The position numbers and the translations under genes are program-made. Source: an uncultured Nitrososphaerota archaeon (GTDB lineage: Archaea; Korarchaeota; Korarchaeia; Korarchaeales; Korarchaeaceae). From it: DNA of 52,350 nt. This document shows, piece by piece, positions 21,406 to 32,007 of the stretch (positions within the stretch are counted from its first letter, which is position 1; each line of letters starts with the position of its first letter). The stretch covers positions 1-52,350 of the forward strand of contig CAZUBM010000011.1 of NCBI GenBank assembly GCA_964618805.1, written 5' to 3'. Below the pieces are notes generated by a model that had not been told where the DNA came from, did not search any database, and saw nothing but the letters and a program-made list of their open reading frames with translations.

Positions 21406-21450
21406 TGTTGCCATTAATAGTGTTGCTAATATAAAGCACGCTGTTACCAT
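21406..21450. promoter_or_regulatory. Three direct repeats (TGTTRCYA) around the TATA box of the RHH-PIN operon
   Basis: TGTTGCCA at 21406, TGTTGCTA at 21421, TGTTACCA at 21442. Confidence 0.55.
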
Positions 21451-21701
21451 ATACTAAGGAGCTCCTAGTTAAATCTTATAACCAAAATGCGCTGCTAGTC
21501 CTTTTAGAGGCTATTGCTCTTCTGTCCTTTCACCAATTATGACGTGATAAGAAGGTGGATCATCCTCACCCTACGCTATTTGGCTTAAACTTCAAAAAGA
21601 CATTAAATTGGGCCCCTTATTGAGGCATAAATTTTCCATACATAGTATAATACAGAAGCCACATCTAATGGATATCAGAAGATTCAAAAGGGATTAGCAA
21701 A

Positions 21702-22361
21702 ATGTTCAAAGAGGATCTAGAATCAAAGCTTAGGGCTGAGATAGTTTCCTACGGGAAGAAGATGGTTGAGCTTGGCCTTGTTTTTGGGTCAGAAGGGAAC
21801 ATAAGCGTCAGACTTCCGGGCAAAGGCTACCTAATAACTCCAAGCATGGTTGACTATGAAGAAATGAAGGAGGAGGACATAGTCCTCGTAGATGGAGAAG
21901 GAAACGTCCTTTCAGGGAGCAGAAAGCCCTCCATTGAAACTCCGATTCATTTAGCGGTATATAAAGCTAGAAAAGACGTAAATGCTGTAATCCACAGCCA
22001 TCCCACTTTCTCAACAGTTGTAGCAATTTTAGGATTAAGGATCCCTCCAATAGTCGAGGAAATGATACCTTTCCTAGGGGGAGAGCTTGTTACATCCAAG
22101 TATGGAATTCCAGGATCTGAAGAGCTTGCAAGAAACATAGTTAGGGCGCTAGGAAATAAAAACGCTGTTTTCATAGCAAATCATGGTCTCTTGGCATGTG
22201 GATCCTCTCTAAAGGATGCTTTTAGAAATACCATGCTTGCAGAGAGAATCGCTAGGGTTTTCGTCATCTCATCCATTCTAGGTAAACCTAGGCAGCTGCC
22301 AGAAGATTCCATCGAGTTCCAGCTTGACTTGTACAGAAAACTTCACAAAATTAAGGAATAA
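21702..22361 (+). CDS. fucA: Class II aldolase (L-fuculose-1-phosphate aldolase-like)
   Basis: GNISVR, ITPS, PSIE, HSHP and ANHG Zn ligands. Confidence 0.85.
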   Translation: MFKEDLESKLRAEIVSYGKKMVELGLVFGSEGNISVRLPGKGYLITPSMVDYEEMKEEDIVLVDGEGNVLSGSRKPSIETPIHLAVYKARKDVNAVIHSHPTFSTVVAILGLRIPPIVEEMIPFLGGELVTSKYGIPGSEELARNIVRALGNKNAVFIANHGLLACGSSLKDAFRNTMLAERIARVFVISSILGKPRQLPEDSIEFQLDLYRKLHKIKE

Positions 22362-22404
22362 TGAAGTTATGTATATCTAAGGAATCAACTAAAATTCTAA
22401 GGGT

Positions 22405-22851
22405 CTAAATTTGGGATTTAATCAGGTCTTCAAGGAAAATCACGGGTATTTTGAAAGGTTTCCTCTCTATTTCTCTCATTAGCTCACGTTCTTTTACAGC
22501 AAACATCACAGGGACTTCTATCTCTTCCCCTAAAGCAAGAGTGAAACAGTCAACTAATGAAATGGCCCTTTCACATTTAATCGCTGCTGCTCTCTCCACC
22601 AGCCTACTTACTTCGAAAACCTCAAGACATCCAGAATCTTTCAGCTTTGCAATCAGGTCCTTGCTCTTCTCCCGGCCTACTTTCCTACACAGCAAATATA
22701 GGAGTTCAAATACGTTCAGCTCTGTCGTTAGCGCAAAAATCTCTCCTTCCTTCAAGCTCCGATAGACAAGCTCTCCTCCTCTGCTTCCTGAAAAGAACTC
22801 AACAAAAACGCTGGTGTCAAATACTATATCTCCTCTTAGCTCTCTCTTCAT
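22405..22851 (-). CDS. vapC: PIN-domain (VapC) toxin
   Basis: VFDTSV, NVFELLY, SLVDCFTLA. Confidence 0.85.
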   Translation of the reverse strand: MKRELRGDIVFDTSVFVEFFSGSRGGELVYRSLKEGEIFALTTELNVFELLYLLCRKVGREKSKDLIAKLKDSGCLEVFEVSRLVERAAAIKCERAISLVDCFTLALGEEIEVPVMFAVKERELMREIERKPFKIPVIFLEDLIKSQI

Positions 22852-23059
22852 TGAGCTTCCTCTCCTCTAAGAGTTCTTGTACTGAAAGCTTCGGAACAGA
22901 ACCAAACAAAACGTCTAATACTTCCAGTTTAGCCTCTGATCTAAGAAGGTGCCTTATGGCTTCGTCCAGATCAACTTTTCTGCCCAATTTTAGCTGGAGC
23001 TTAGCTGCATATCTAAACAGGAGTTCCTTGGTCCTCTTAGAGACTCTAACTGTGGACAT
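22817..23059 (-). CDS. VapB-type antitoxin
   Basis: MSTVRVSKRTKELL..VDLDEAIRHLL. Overlaps the PIN gene. Confidence 0.8.
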   Translation of the reverse strand: MSTVRVSKRTKELLFRYAAKLQLKLGRKVDLDEAIRHLLRSEAKLEVLDVLFGSVPKLSVQELLEERKLNEERAKRRYSI

Positions 23060-23135
23060 TAAGTATACTCAGTATGCAAAGCATATTAAATTTCACACAA
23101 TAGATTCCGAGTCTCTGCATTAAGCAGGGTGAATT

Positions 23136-23854
23136 TCAAACTTTGAATAAGAATAGTTTTAACTCTTTAATTGCCCTTTCTTCCTTACTAATGGCTTCAA
23201 GAAGCTCTTTTGCGTATACCATAAGGTTCCAAGACCTTCCAAGTTCAGTTTTAGTTTTATTCCAGAGTTCTTCTGATATTTCAAATATTCTATCTTCCAT
23301 GAACCCATGGGTCACCCTCCTTTCTCCATAATAGAATAGATCTATTTGTAACTGTAAAAGAGTCACAATATGCTCTTCAATGACTTTTGCTAGGTCAAAT
23401 GCCTTTACACCAATTCGTTCAGCTAGTTCTTTTATTTGTTGAGCTAACTCTATCTTCCAGTTGTTAACTAGAAAGTGTCCAACCTCTGTGATATGTCCAA
23501 GTACATAGTGAGAACAGATCTCTCATCTAAAGTACAGGTAATTCCATTAGGAGAAACTCCGTAAATACCGCCTCCCGTTCTAAATATGTCTATAAGAAAT
23601 ACCTCAAGTTTATCTAACGAAAGACTTCTATTTACAAGCTTCTCGAGCTTACTCAAAGGACAGAGGATGTTTGCTGCTTTCTTTAATCTTATTGCCAAAT
23701 CATTAAGTTGATTACTTCTATGCTCCCAATATTTCGCATAAAAAGCATCATAGCACTCACTAAGTATGCTTTTCAGAAGGCTTAGAGTTTCAGAGATAGC
23801 CACAAAAAGGCATTCTATGCTGCATGAAATAAAACATTTTAGAAAATTTATCAA
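23136..23854 (-). pseudogene. Frameshifted, 5'-truncated hypothetical gene
   Basis: ORFs 23468-23854 and 23136-23366 join through a frameshift at about 23470 (RLDTF/LVNNWKIELAQQIKE...). Confidence 0.5.
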
Positions 23855-24408
23855 GCGAGCGGGTTTCGTGCTGTTTTCAATAATTAGAGATGTGAGACAC
23901 TCTTTGATCGAACTGATCAGGTTATTCCGCTACGTCTCAGCACCAATTGCTGGCTACTTCTTCCTTAACGCTTACTCTAAGAGGTGGTCACCCAAGGATG
24001 GGTCAACCGTGTTGCCCACCTACTTCCAAAGCTCGGTGTTCCTGTTAGGCTTAAGCTACCTATTCGACGTTTACAATAAGGTTTTCATGAGACCTGGACT
24101 TTTTCTTGAAATGATAACCCAACACCTAAGCTACATCGCCTTCCCCTTCTTCAATCTCATCATGGGCTATCCGTCTTTTGGACCTCGCTCTACCCATGGA
24201 AACTTCAGATTGAGGATGCCTCGCCTCTTCGGTTGAAAGCAGATGATGTCTGCTCTTTCTCTTAGTGTTTACCCTCTTCATATTGAAGTGAATATCAAGT
24301 TTCCTATCGCTAAAAGAGAAGTAGCTAGGTTTATTGACCTAAGAAGTTCATTCTCATAAATTAGAGCCAAAATTTAATAGAAGATAGGAAAATTGATAAA
24401 AATGAGAT

Positions 24409-25362
24409 ATGAGAAGGTTCTTTGCCTTACTTATACTTACACTCTGCTTAGTTTTAATGGGATCTTTATTTTCGCTCTACTACTTCAAATTTAGTGAGCA
24501 TTGGACTCTGCCCCAGCTTCTCAGAGAAATTCAGAAGGCCAAGGGAAGGCTCGAAGATGAATTAGAGAACCTAAGGTCTAGAGGCGTTCCCATTTCGCAA
24601 GTATATATCGACGAGGCCAAAGGTGCTCTGGTAGTCGACCTGAACATTAGGTGTTCGAGGTCTTACAAAGTAAAAGAGGTCAAGAAGAATTACGTAAAGC
24701 CCATTAGAGAGATAGTCGGTTATGATATACCTATCCTATTTCCCAAGCCGCCGGAAAAAGTGGTTCTAATAGGAAACCCTCCTGCACCACTTGGTGATCT
24801 CGAAAAGGCCTTAGAAAAGTGGCAACAAAACGTTTGGAAGGAAAATCCTGTGCTCGCTGCTGAAACATCCCTATGGATAGACTTAAAGAGAGGTCTCCTC
24901 TTTGCCTTGACCGAGAACTTAACTGGCGACAGAATAAGCGAGATAAGAGAGATCATTGGATATGACATACCGATAGAGATTAAAGAGCCAAACTTCTGGG
25001 TTACAAGTCTATATATAGGGAAACCAGGGACTAAGACCGTGGAAGAGCTTGAAGAAGCCCGCAAGAGGATAATAGAATTTCATCATCGAAATAAGACTTT
25101 GGAACTTCAAATGCTAGACGTTATAGATGAGGAAGAAGCATCTCTCTTAGGAGAGGAGGGAACACTCCTTTGTGTGGGGATAAAGAACATAACTTACGAT
25201 AAAGTAAAGCTTATCAGGGAGACTGTTGGATATGACGTGCCTTTGTTGATTCGAGTCTCAAGAATAGTGCTAGATAGCAAAAGCAATAAATTCAGGAGCC
25301 TCTTTTCAGCTCGCTTCCGCAGTGCTCCTATGGTTGTTCTTCAAGGACATCAAGCCACCTGA
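24409..25362 (+). CDS. Membrane-anchored protein with three tandem repeat domains, likely C-terminally truncated
   Basis: IREIVGYDIPI / IREIIGYDIPI / IRETVGYDVPL repeats and an N-terminal TM. Confidence 0.7.
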   Translation: MRRFFALLILTLCLVLMGSLFSLYYFKFSEHWTLPQLLREIQKAKGRLEDELENLRSRGVPISQVYIDEAKGALVVDLNIRCSRSYKVKEVKKNYVKPIREIVGYDIPILFPKPPEKVVLIGNPPAPLGDLEKALEKWQQNVWKENPVLAAETSLWIDLKRGLLFALTENLTGDRISEIREIIGYDIPIEIKEPNFWVTSLYIGKPGTKTVEELEEARKRIIEFHHRNKTLELQMLDVIDEEEASLLGEEGTLLCVGIKNITYDKVKLIRETVGYDVPLLIRVSRIVLDSKSNKFRSLFSARFRSAPMVVLQGHQAT

Positions 25363-25437
25363 AGAAAGAAAAAAGAACGTTTCCAAAGATTAAACACGAC
25401 GTAAGAAAGTCCATAGAAGAAGAAAAATTCTCTACAT

Positions 25438-25860
25438 TCAACTGACAGCTATCTTCCAGCCCCCTTTTACTCTTCCAATCCCTCTTTTCTTCAGATTTTT
25501 TGCCTCTTCTATCAGGTTGTCAATTCCTAATCCATCAAGAAGAAGCAAGCCCTCCTGCAAGGCATCTAGCAGTATAGAGGAAGATGGAAGGAGTTCCTTT
25601 GCCTCTTCTAACCTGAAGATGTGGAGATCTGAAGGTATCCTTTCCTTCCTCAAAGCTTCTTTAAGCTCATTTGAAACCCTTTGGTCTCTCACAATAGCCA
25701 ATATGTCGAAGTCGCTTGAGGCTGAGGACTCTCCCCTCGCCCTGGAGCCAAAAAGAATTATCGCTATCTCTTTATCCTTCATATCCTCGAGTATTTTGCG
25801 TAAAGCTGATATCCTCCTCTCCTCTCTTTCCCTAACCTTCCTCAAGAATCCCTTCCGCAA
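25438..25860 (-). CDS. MNT nucleotidyltransferase
   Basis: LFGSRARGESSASSDFDIL. Confidence 0.88.
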   Translation of the reverse strand: MRKGFLRKVREREERRISALRKILEDMKDKEIAIILFGSRARGESSASSDFDILAIVRDQRVSNELKEALRKERIPSDLHIFRLEEAKELLPSSSILLDALQEGLLLLDGLGIDNLIEEAKNLKKRGIGRVKGGWKIAVS

Positions 25861-26221
25861 ACCTAACTATAGCCTCCCCACACTTCACTGAATCCTGGGC
25901 TTCATCAAAAGAGTACTCTTTAACCCTTGCATTCGGATATCTTGCTTGTATGTAGTGTTCTTCTATTCCTGAGCAATCTGAGATGTCTGATGGGACTTCC
26001 TCTATCTCGGAGATCGCTTCCAAAAGCTCTGTTATAGAGTGAGTTAGGGGTTTGTACCCAGACTTCATTATTAAAACAGCCTTCAAGGCCATATCAGCTG
26101 CCTGCTGGGAGTTAAAGCAAGCCATGTCATATAGACTCTCGTCTAAGCTTCTTTTTGCAGCTGTAAGGAATCTTTTCGCCTTGTCTAACCAGCCAAGAGC
26201 GATCTCTTTAGTACTCATCAT
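25832..26221 (-). CDS. HEPN-domain protein
   Basis: ACFNSQQAA..LKA, THSITELL, HYIQARYP. Confidence 0.88.
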   Translation of the reverse strand: MMSTKEIALGWLDKAKRFLTAAKRSLDESLYDMACFNSQQAADMALKAVLIMKSGYKPLTHSITELLEAISEIEEVPSDISDCSGIEEHYIQARYPNARVKEYSFDEAQDSVKCGEAIVRFAEGILEEG

Positions 26222-26443
26222 GAAAAGAACTACTTGCTGCAAAAAACTTTCTCTAGATCTTTAATCGTAGAGCGTTATATGCCAAAATTGAAGGTAACAA
26301 AATGCGAAGAACAGACCACCAGGGCTCTCCACTTATCCAAAACTTTGTTCCTTCTATACGTGATTTCCATTCATGAAACGGGAGTTTCCATCCAGTTTAA
26401 CCTGTTTTATTTGTCATTTCAGGACGATTACTCATGAGATAAA

Positions 26444-27718
26444 TTGTCACGTGAGTACTTTCTCAGGCTCGTTCTAGTCATTTCTGTAATAGCACTTGCC
26501 TCCATGCTAGGATTTTTCCTAGCTAGATTTTATGGGGTGTTTCCTCAAACAGAGATCAACCTGGAGGAGGAGTTAAACCTCACTGGATGGAAGAGAAACA
26601 TAACTCGTCCTTACATGGAACCTTCGGAGATAAGACCGACTAACGTTACTCCCTGTCTAAGCTGGATAAGGATAAGCAAAATCGTAACTACATCTGAAAA
26701 CCCATATCCTAAACGCCCAAGCGGCCTAATACCACCAGTATTTGAGGGTAAGCTTAAAAGTGAATTTAAGCAGGGAGAAGCCATCTGGATATATTTCGAA
26801 TATTCCTACCTTCTATCGTTGGAGGGAGAGGTCGAGCCTATCGGAATTATTGGAGAGTCCTTCAACCGTCACGAGAAGATCTACATCAAGAGAAACAAAG
26901 ATGTAGTCCTCGTTGCGAACATCGTGTTTAACCTCATTATCATCGATCAAGAGGGAGAAGTCAGATTGAAAGCCGATCACTCAAGTGAATTGATGAGTTA
27001 TATGGGTGGTGGATCGTACTACTCCTTCACCGGAGAGAGAGGAACGCGCTTCGTTTTCGCTGGAAGAATTCCCTTCTCATTTGAGCCTGGAGAATACAAA
27101 ATCGTTGCAATGGTAGCGGATCTGCTAACTGGAATGAGGGACGAAAAAGCGGTAAACATAACGGTTCTTCCAGGGGAGTATAGAGAGATTCGGTTTTCGC
27201 CCATATCGAAGCCTCCAGAAACGTTGATCTTAAGGGAAGATGAGTTGACTGGGGGCTGGAAGGAAATCAGATCCTTTAGTAGGTCAATCTGGGATCCCTT
27301 CTACGAGCAACAGATCTGGTTTGCGACTAAAGTCTATGCCAGAGAGGTTAGTGGTATAAGAAGAATGATGGAGATCAATATAATGTTGTTTGAAACCCCG
27401 GAGAGAGCTAGCTCCTACTTTGAGGATATGCTGCATGGATTCAACGAATCAAACCCCTGGGCTCTCTCGGAAATAATCTCGAGGGTTCCTGGAGTGAGAT
27501 CCTTCCTATATATCCATTACGAAAGGATTTACGGGTTAAGAACAATCTCAGTGCGCTCTCTAATCGATAATGCCATCATAACTGTTATTGGAGGAGGATA
27601 TTTGGAGGGAACTCCTACTCCAGCTCCTTTAATTGAAGAAATACTGGACATCGCGGAGATGCAGGAGCTGAAGGTTATAAGCAGCCAAAAAACCCTAGTT
27701 GCCATTAGAAGGGTGTAG
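26444..27718 (+). CDS. Membrane-anchored extracellular protein
   Basis: N-terminal TM and an Ig-like PGEYKIVA strand pattern. Long intact ORF. Confidence 0.65.
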   Translation: MSREYFLRLVLVISVIALASMLGFFLARFYGVFPQTEINLEEELNLTGWKRNITRPYMEPSEIRPTNVTPCLSWIRISKIVTTSENPYPKRPSGLIPPVFEGKLKSEFKQGEAIWIYFEYSYLLSLEGEVEPIGIIGESFNRHEKIYIKRNKDVVLVANIVFNLIIIDQEGEVRLKADHSSELMSYMGGGSYYSFTGERGTRFVFAGRIPFSFEPGEYKIVAMVADLLTGMRDEKAVNITVLPGEYREIRFSPISKPPETLILREDELTGGWKEIRSFSRSIWDPFYEQQIWFATKVYAREVSGIRRMMEINIMLFETPERASSYFEDMLHGFNESNPWALSEIISRVPGVRSFLYIHYERIYGLRTISVRSLIDNAIITVIGGGYLEGTPTPAPLIEEILDIAEMQELKVISSQKTLVAIRRV

Positions 27719-27720
27719 GT

Positions 27721-28215
27721 TTGAGCAGGAAGAGTGAAAAGATCTTCATGATGATCCTAGCAATATCATCTTTCCTGCTCGCAAATGTCCTGATGAAGCC
27801 GAGATCCATAACCATCATCGTAAGCGGAAACGAGTCGGTAACCCTTCAAACTCCTGCTTTGTACACCCTTGAGGAAGTTCTGATAATCTTAGTCAGCTCG
27901 ATTTTGATCGGGATTTCAAGCACCTTGATGCTTCTTTCAAAGAGCGAAGCCGCGAAGTCTAAACTCAACCTGCTTGAAATCAAGTCTCTGGCAAAGCTAC
28001 TTGAAGGCCCTGAGGGGAAGATCTTGGAGTTTCTCGCTAAGAAGGGAGGAGAGGCCCTACAAAGCGAGATATTGTTCGAAACGGGCCTGTCAAAGGTCAC
28101 TGTTTCTAGAGTCTTGAAGGAAATGGAACGAAAGGGCCTCATTAGCAGAAAGAAATACGGTAACACTAAGGTTGTCCGCCTTTCTGGCAAATTTGTGCGA
28201 TTAGAAACTAGATGA
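27721..28215 (+). CDS. Two-TM protein with C-terminal winged-HTH (membrane-bound regulator)
   Basis: GGEALQSEI..TGLSKVTVSRVLKEMERKGLI. Confidence 0.8.
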   Translation: MSRKSEKIFMMILAISSFLLANVLMKPRSITIIVSGNESVTLQTPALYTLEEVLIILVSSILIGISSTLMLLSKSEAAKSKLNLLEIKSLAKLLEGPEGKILEFLAKKGGEALQSEILFETGLSKVTVSRVLKEMERKGLISRKKYGNTKVVRLSGKFVRLETR

Positions 28216-28261
28216 TATTGTACATGAATGACCGCCTGAGGAAAGGAAAAATCCTAAATAG

Positions 28262-28579
28262 ATGGGTGCAAAAAGGTTCCTGATAGCCCTTGTTTCTGGA
28301 GCAAAGTCCTTCTTAACAGAGGAGGAAAGGAGTAGAGTCGGGGATCAGATAAAAAAGCACATAGAGCTTAAGAAGAAGACAATGGAGGCCTACTCATCCC
28401 TGCTGAAGGAGCTCGAGGACAAGAGGATGAGACTTTTGGTCAGTTACATACTCGAGGACGAAAAAAGGCATCACGAGCTTCTCCTAAGGATAGATAAGAT
28501 AGTAGTCGAAGCGGAGACCCTCAAGGAGGAAGACATGTGGGACATGATCTAGAAGTACTCAGTTTTCCACGAGCTCTAG
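28262..28579 (+). pseudogene. Ferritin/rubrerythrin-like four-helix protein fragment
   Basis: HIELK..ILEDEKRHHELL. N-terminal helices are missing and there is a premature TAG at 28550. Confidence 0.6.
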
Positions 28580-28755
28580 GGGGCTAGCTATTAAGAACCC
28601 AGGGCCCACATTGGCTGAAAGTTAAAGGGTTTCAGGGCTCATAGCATAGGCTCTCTTCTTACTCAACCGTTCAATTTGGCAACAAAGGTCGTTGCTAATG
28701 CTCGACGGTTTAAGAAATGTTTTAGTCAAAGACTGGGATAGTAAAGTGAAGGAAG

Positions 28756-29407
28756 TTGAGAGTTAGCTGGTGCTTGTTTTCCTCTACTCTTCATGAGATA
28801 TTAGAGGAGGCTAAACTTTGCGAATCTCTGGGCTGGATGGGGTTTGGTTTCCAGATTATCAAGTCCCCTTCTCCGAATGGCCCGAACTCTTCGTGGTTCT
28901 TACATCCCTAGCCCTGAACACCAATAGGTTGTTCATAGGATCCCTCGTAACGATGTTTTGAGGAGGCATCCGATGGTGATCGCTCACGGCTTCGCTACGC
29001 TCACTCGCATAGTCCCCTCAGGAATAATACTTGGACTGGGAGCAGGAGCTGGTTCAAGCCACATCCCTTACGGCATTAAGATGGAGGGCTTAGCAGCGAA
29101 GCTGGAGGAGGGGATCAAGGTTATCAGGGCCCTTTGGGAGGCGAGTCCAGAGAGCCCAGTTTCCTTTAGAGGAAGACACTTCTCACTCAGCAGAGCGGGA
29201 CCTCCTTTAAAGCCAAAGAAGGAGATCCCAATATACGTGGCGTCTTATGGCCCAAAGATGTTGAGGATTGCATCGATAGGATCTTGAGGTTCAAAGAGGC
29301 GGGGTGCAAGCACATGATCCTAGAGCCTTATTGGATCGAGAAAAAACAGGGTTAAGGAGGCGCTGGAAGTCCTAGGAAGGGAGATCAAACCAAAAGTTCA
29401 ATCTTGA
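28756..29407 (+). pseudogene. LLM-class (F420-dependent, Mer-like) oxidoreductase, multiply frameshifted and internally deleted
   Basis: DGVWFPD, RHPMVIAH..ATL, LGLGAG, PIYVAS.GPKMLRIA, then jumps to the C-terminal DCIDRI.RFKEAG. Confidence 0.8.
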
Positions 29408-29776
29408 TTGAATAGACGCGCCCACTAGAGAGCAGCGACAAAGAGATTGGCTGTTTACCAGCTCGCAGAAAGTTTTAGAGGCTTATAACTGGTCAGGAAA
29501 GTCTGAAGGTTGAAGATCATGTCGAGCAAAGAGAGCATTAGGGCTTGCTCCTTTACCTCCTTGAGATCAACAACCCCATTATCAACTATAAATAAAATAC
29601 ACATCCAATTTAGAAGAGATAAGAACTAAGACAACTCCTTTGTAAACAAAGGGGTCAGCATCCGATAAAATTAGAAAAGCTGGCTAAAGTTTCTGAAAAG
29701 CTACTATATGCCATTTTTAACAAAAAGGTGACATATTTAAATACTTAAGTGCCAATACCATATTAAAGGTGACTCA

Positions 29777-30484
29777 ATGTATCTCGCTAGGTTCAACGAA
29801 GCGTTAAGAGAAAAATGGGAAGGAAGCTTGGTTGCGACTAGGGAAGCTGTTATGATAGAGCCAAGGGCAAAGGAGTACTTGCACAGGCTCAGCAAGCTTG
29901 GATTAGTCAAAAGGGTGAGTTGGGGTTGGTACTACGTTCCGGCAAAGGAGGAAGACGTCTGGAGCTTCTTGAGTAAAGATAGGGGGTTTAAGGTCGTAAT
30001 AAAGCAGACGGCAGCGAGCTTGTGGAACTACGACTTTGTTCATAGGAACGTTTACCGATTAGCCGTAACCTCATCGTCCTACAAAAGGGCCTTGGAGGAG
30101 TTCGCTAGGGGCAGGGGATGGATCTTTGATGTGGAGTACCATAGGAGAATTCCATACAAGTACAAAGAGTTGGATGGTTTGCTCGTAGAAGTTCCAGAAT
30201 CTTGCTTGGTCAACTGCGTTGCGGAGTGGTCCTTCCTGGATGCCTTTGCTTTACTTTACTTCAGGAGGGATGAGATCTCCTTGAGCAAGGTTAGGGAGCT
30301 TTCAAGGTGGAGGAGGATATCCAAGACTGATGCTAGGGTGTGGAGCGCGATAAGGTACGCTTGTCAGCTCTTCAACGAGAGGTCAGGGAGGGATTTGTTC
30401 AACGTGAGGGGAGGGAAGTTCAAAAACTTTGAGGCAAGGGAGCTCGTAGAAGAGGCCGTAGAAAAGGTGTTGGAGTTTGCCTAA
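29777..30484 (+). CDS. AbiEi-like antitoxin / wHTH regulator (type IV TA)
   Basis: YLHRLSKLGLVKRVSWGWYYV resembles the AbiEi N-terminal wHTH. Coupled to a nucleotidyltransferase gene. Confidence 0.6.
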   Translation: MYLARFNEALREKWEGSLVATREAVMIEPRAKEYLHRLSKLGLVKRVSWGWYYVPAKEEDVWSFLSKDRGFKVVIKQTAASLWNYDFVHRNVYRLAVTSSSYKRALEEFARGRGWIFDVEYHRRIPYKYKELDGLLVEVPESCLVNCVAEWSFLDAFALLYFRRDEISLSKVRELSRWRRISKTDARVWSAIRYACQLFNERSGRDLFNVRGGKFKNFEARELVEEAVEKVLEFA

Positions 30485-31254
30485 AGCGATAGAACTGATG
30501 AAGATGAGAGAAAAGGAACTTTTTATGGCTAGAAATAGCCATAAAGGCTATTTCTAGGGGAACGAATGGGTTTAAGAACCCGAGACTCATCTTGATAGGA
30601 GGATACGCTCTAAGAGCGTTCATCCCCCTCTCAAGGTTCACGAGGGATTGCGATTTCATCGTTAAGAAGAAGGATGGTTGGAACTTAGACGGGCTAAAGC
30701 TGATTCTACCGGAGGATTATAACATAGAGGCTGAGGAAAAGCGCGAAACCTACGGATTCATGAGGTGGGTTAAGTACGTTAGGTACGATAAAACCAGCAT
30801 AAAGGTATCCTTGGATTTCATGGAAGGTGAGATAAGGGGGAGGAAGCCCGAGGAGATGATACTCATCGACGAGAAGATGGTTAATGGAAGCAAACCTGTT
30901 TTTATTTCGATCGCAAATGAAAATGTAAAGGTCTTCGTCCCGAGTTATGCGGACTACTTCATAATGAAGGTCGTCTCATCAAGGGCATCTGACATAAGGG
31001 ATATAGCCTCCTTAGTTCTGGAGAGCGGTGTTCCCAAGGGAATTATGGAAAGAGTGAGAGAAATTCTCCCCAGCCCTAAGGTATTTGAGGATAAGTTGAA
31101 AGAGAAAGTAATACCTGAAATCAAGAGAAGGACATTCTTGGATAGTTGGAGAGGCATATTTGCCACCACTAGTTACACTGATGAGGACAAGAAGAGGGCC
31201 ATAGAACAATTAGAAGAACTCATGGCGAGACTAAAACAAAAAATCCTCAATTGA
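30477..31254 (+). CDS. AbiEii-like nucleotidyltransferase toxin, frameshift in 5' T-run
   Basis: LIGGYAL..RFTRDCDF, FIMK..SRASDIRD. The coupled TTG start at 30477 is out of frame at the T-run 30520-30524. Confidence 0.7.
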
Positions 31255-31523
31255 GATTGGAGATCTACATCATGAGTCATGACTTAAATGGAACTAATGG
31301 AAATCGTTGTTTGCGTAACCTACTCATTTTATCTCATACTTATCCTTCTACATGAGTAAGAAGCTTATAACCCACATAGAAACAATCTCTCACGCATACG
31401 AGCTAGAAAGCTTTTTTAAGGAGAAGGACAAAAAGAGAATTATTCCTTTCGTAACAAGCTGCATTAATACTTTAGCCCGCGTTTGGTGAGTTATTATATA
31501 GGAACTGATAGTTTAACGAGTTT

Positions 31524-31545
31524 CCTTTCCATTGGTATGGAAAGG
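31524..31545. promoter_or_regulatory. Perfect inverted repeat CCTTTCCAT-N4-ATGGAAAGG
   Basis: Lies between a TATA-like TTATATA (about 31494) and GGTGA-ATG (31551). Confidence 0.55.
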
Positions 31546-31586
31546 TGAAGATGATCGTTGCGGGAAGATCTAACCGCATTTTCGAG

Positions 31587-31768
31587 AAATCATTGAATTC
31601 CTAGCAAAAAGAGGTGGAAGAGCCCTGCAGAGGGATATATGGTCTGAAACCGGTTTAAGCAAGGTTACTGTTTCTAGAACCCTGAAGTCTTTGGAGAAAA
31701 AGGGATTGGTCGGGAGGGAGAAATATGGAGGGATAAAGGTCGTACTGCTTTCGGAGGAAGTGCTTTAG
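31587..31768 (+). pseudogene. 3' wHTH fragment paralogous to 27721-28215
   Basis: EIIEFLAKRGGRALQRDIWSETGLSKVTVSRTLKSLEKKGLVGREKYG, with no in-frame start. Confidence 0.8.
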
Positions 31769-32007
31769 AGAGGAGTAACCTGAGGAGCATGAATTATCTT
31801 GGATGAGGCTTATGATCCTTATGCGTAGAGTTCTATCAATTTCTTCAATTCTATGTATTGTCTGATGGTCAGATCAACTTTTTTGACCTTATCCTCTTCC
31901 TTTGAGGTTATGGAAATCCTGTTAGTGAAAAAATTGGTACTTAAAAAGGTAAGGAGCCTCGTTCAAAACCTGGACATTAACTGGACTCCTTAGAAGCTTA
32001 TAATAAG

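Noticed and set aside
23766-24236. 156-aa plus-strand ORF
   Set aside because: It overlaps a minus-strand pseudogene and looks like a chimeric membrane-protein fragment, so it cannot be assigned.
29724-29773. Direct repeat AAAGGTGAC upstream of the AbiEi-like gene
   Set aside because: One copy is simply the RBS, and 9 bp is too short to support an operator.
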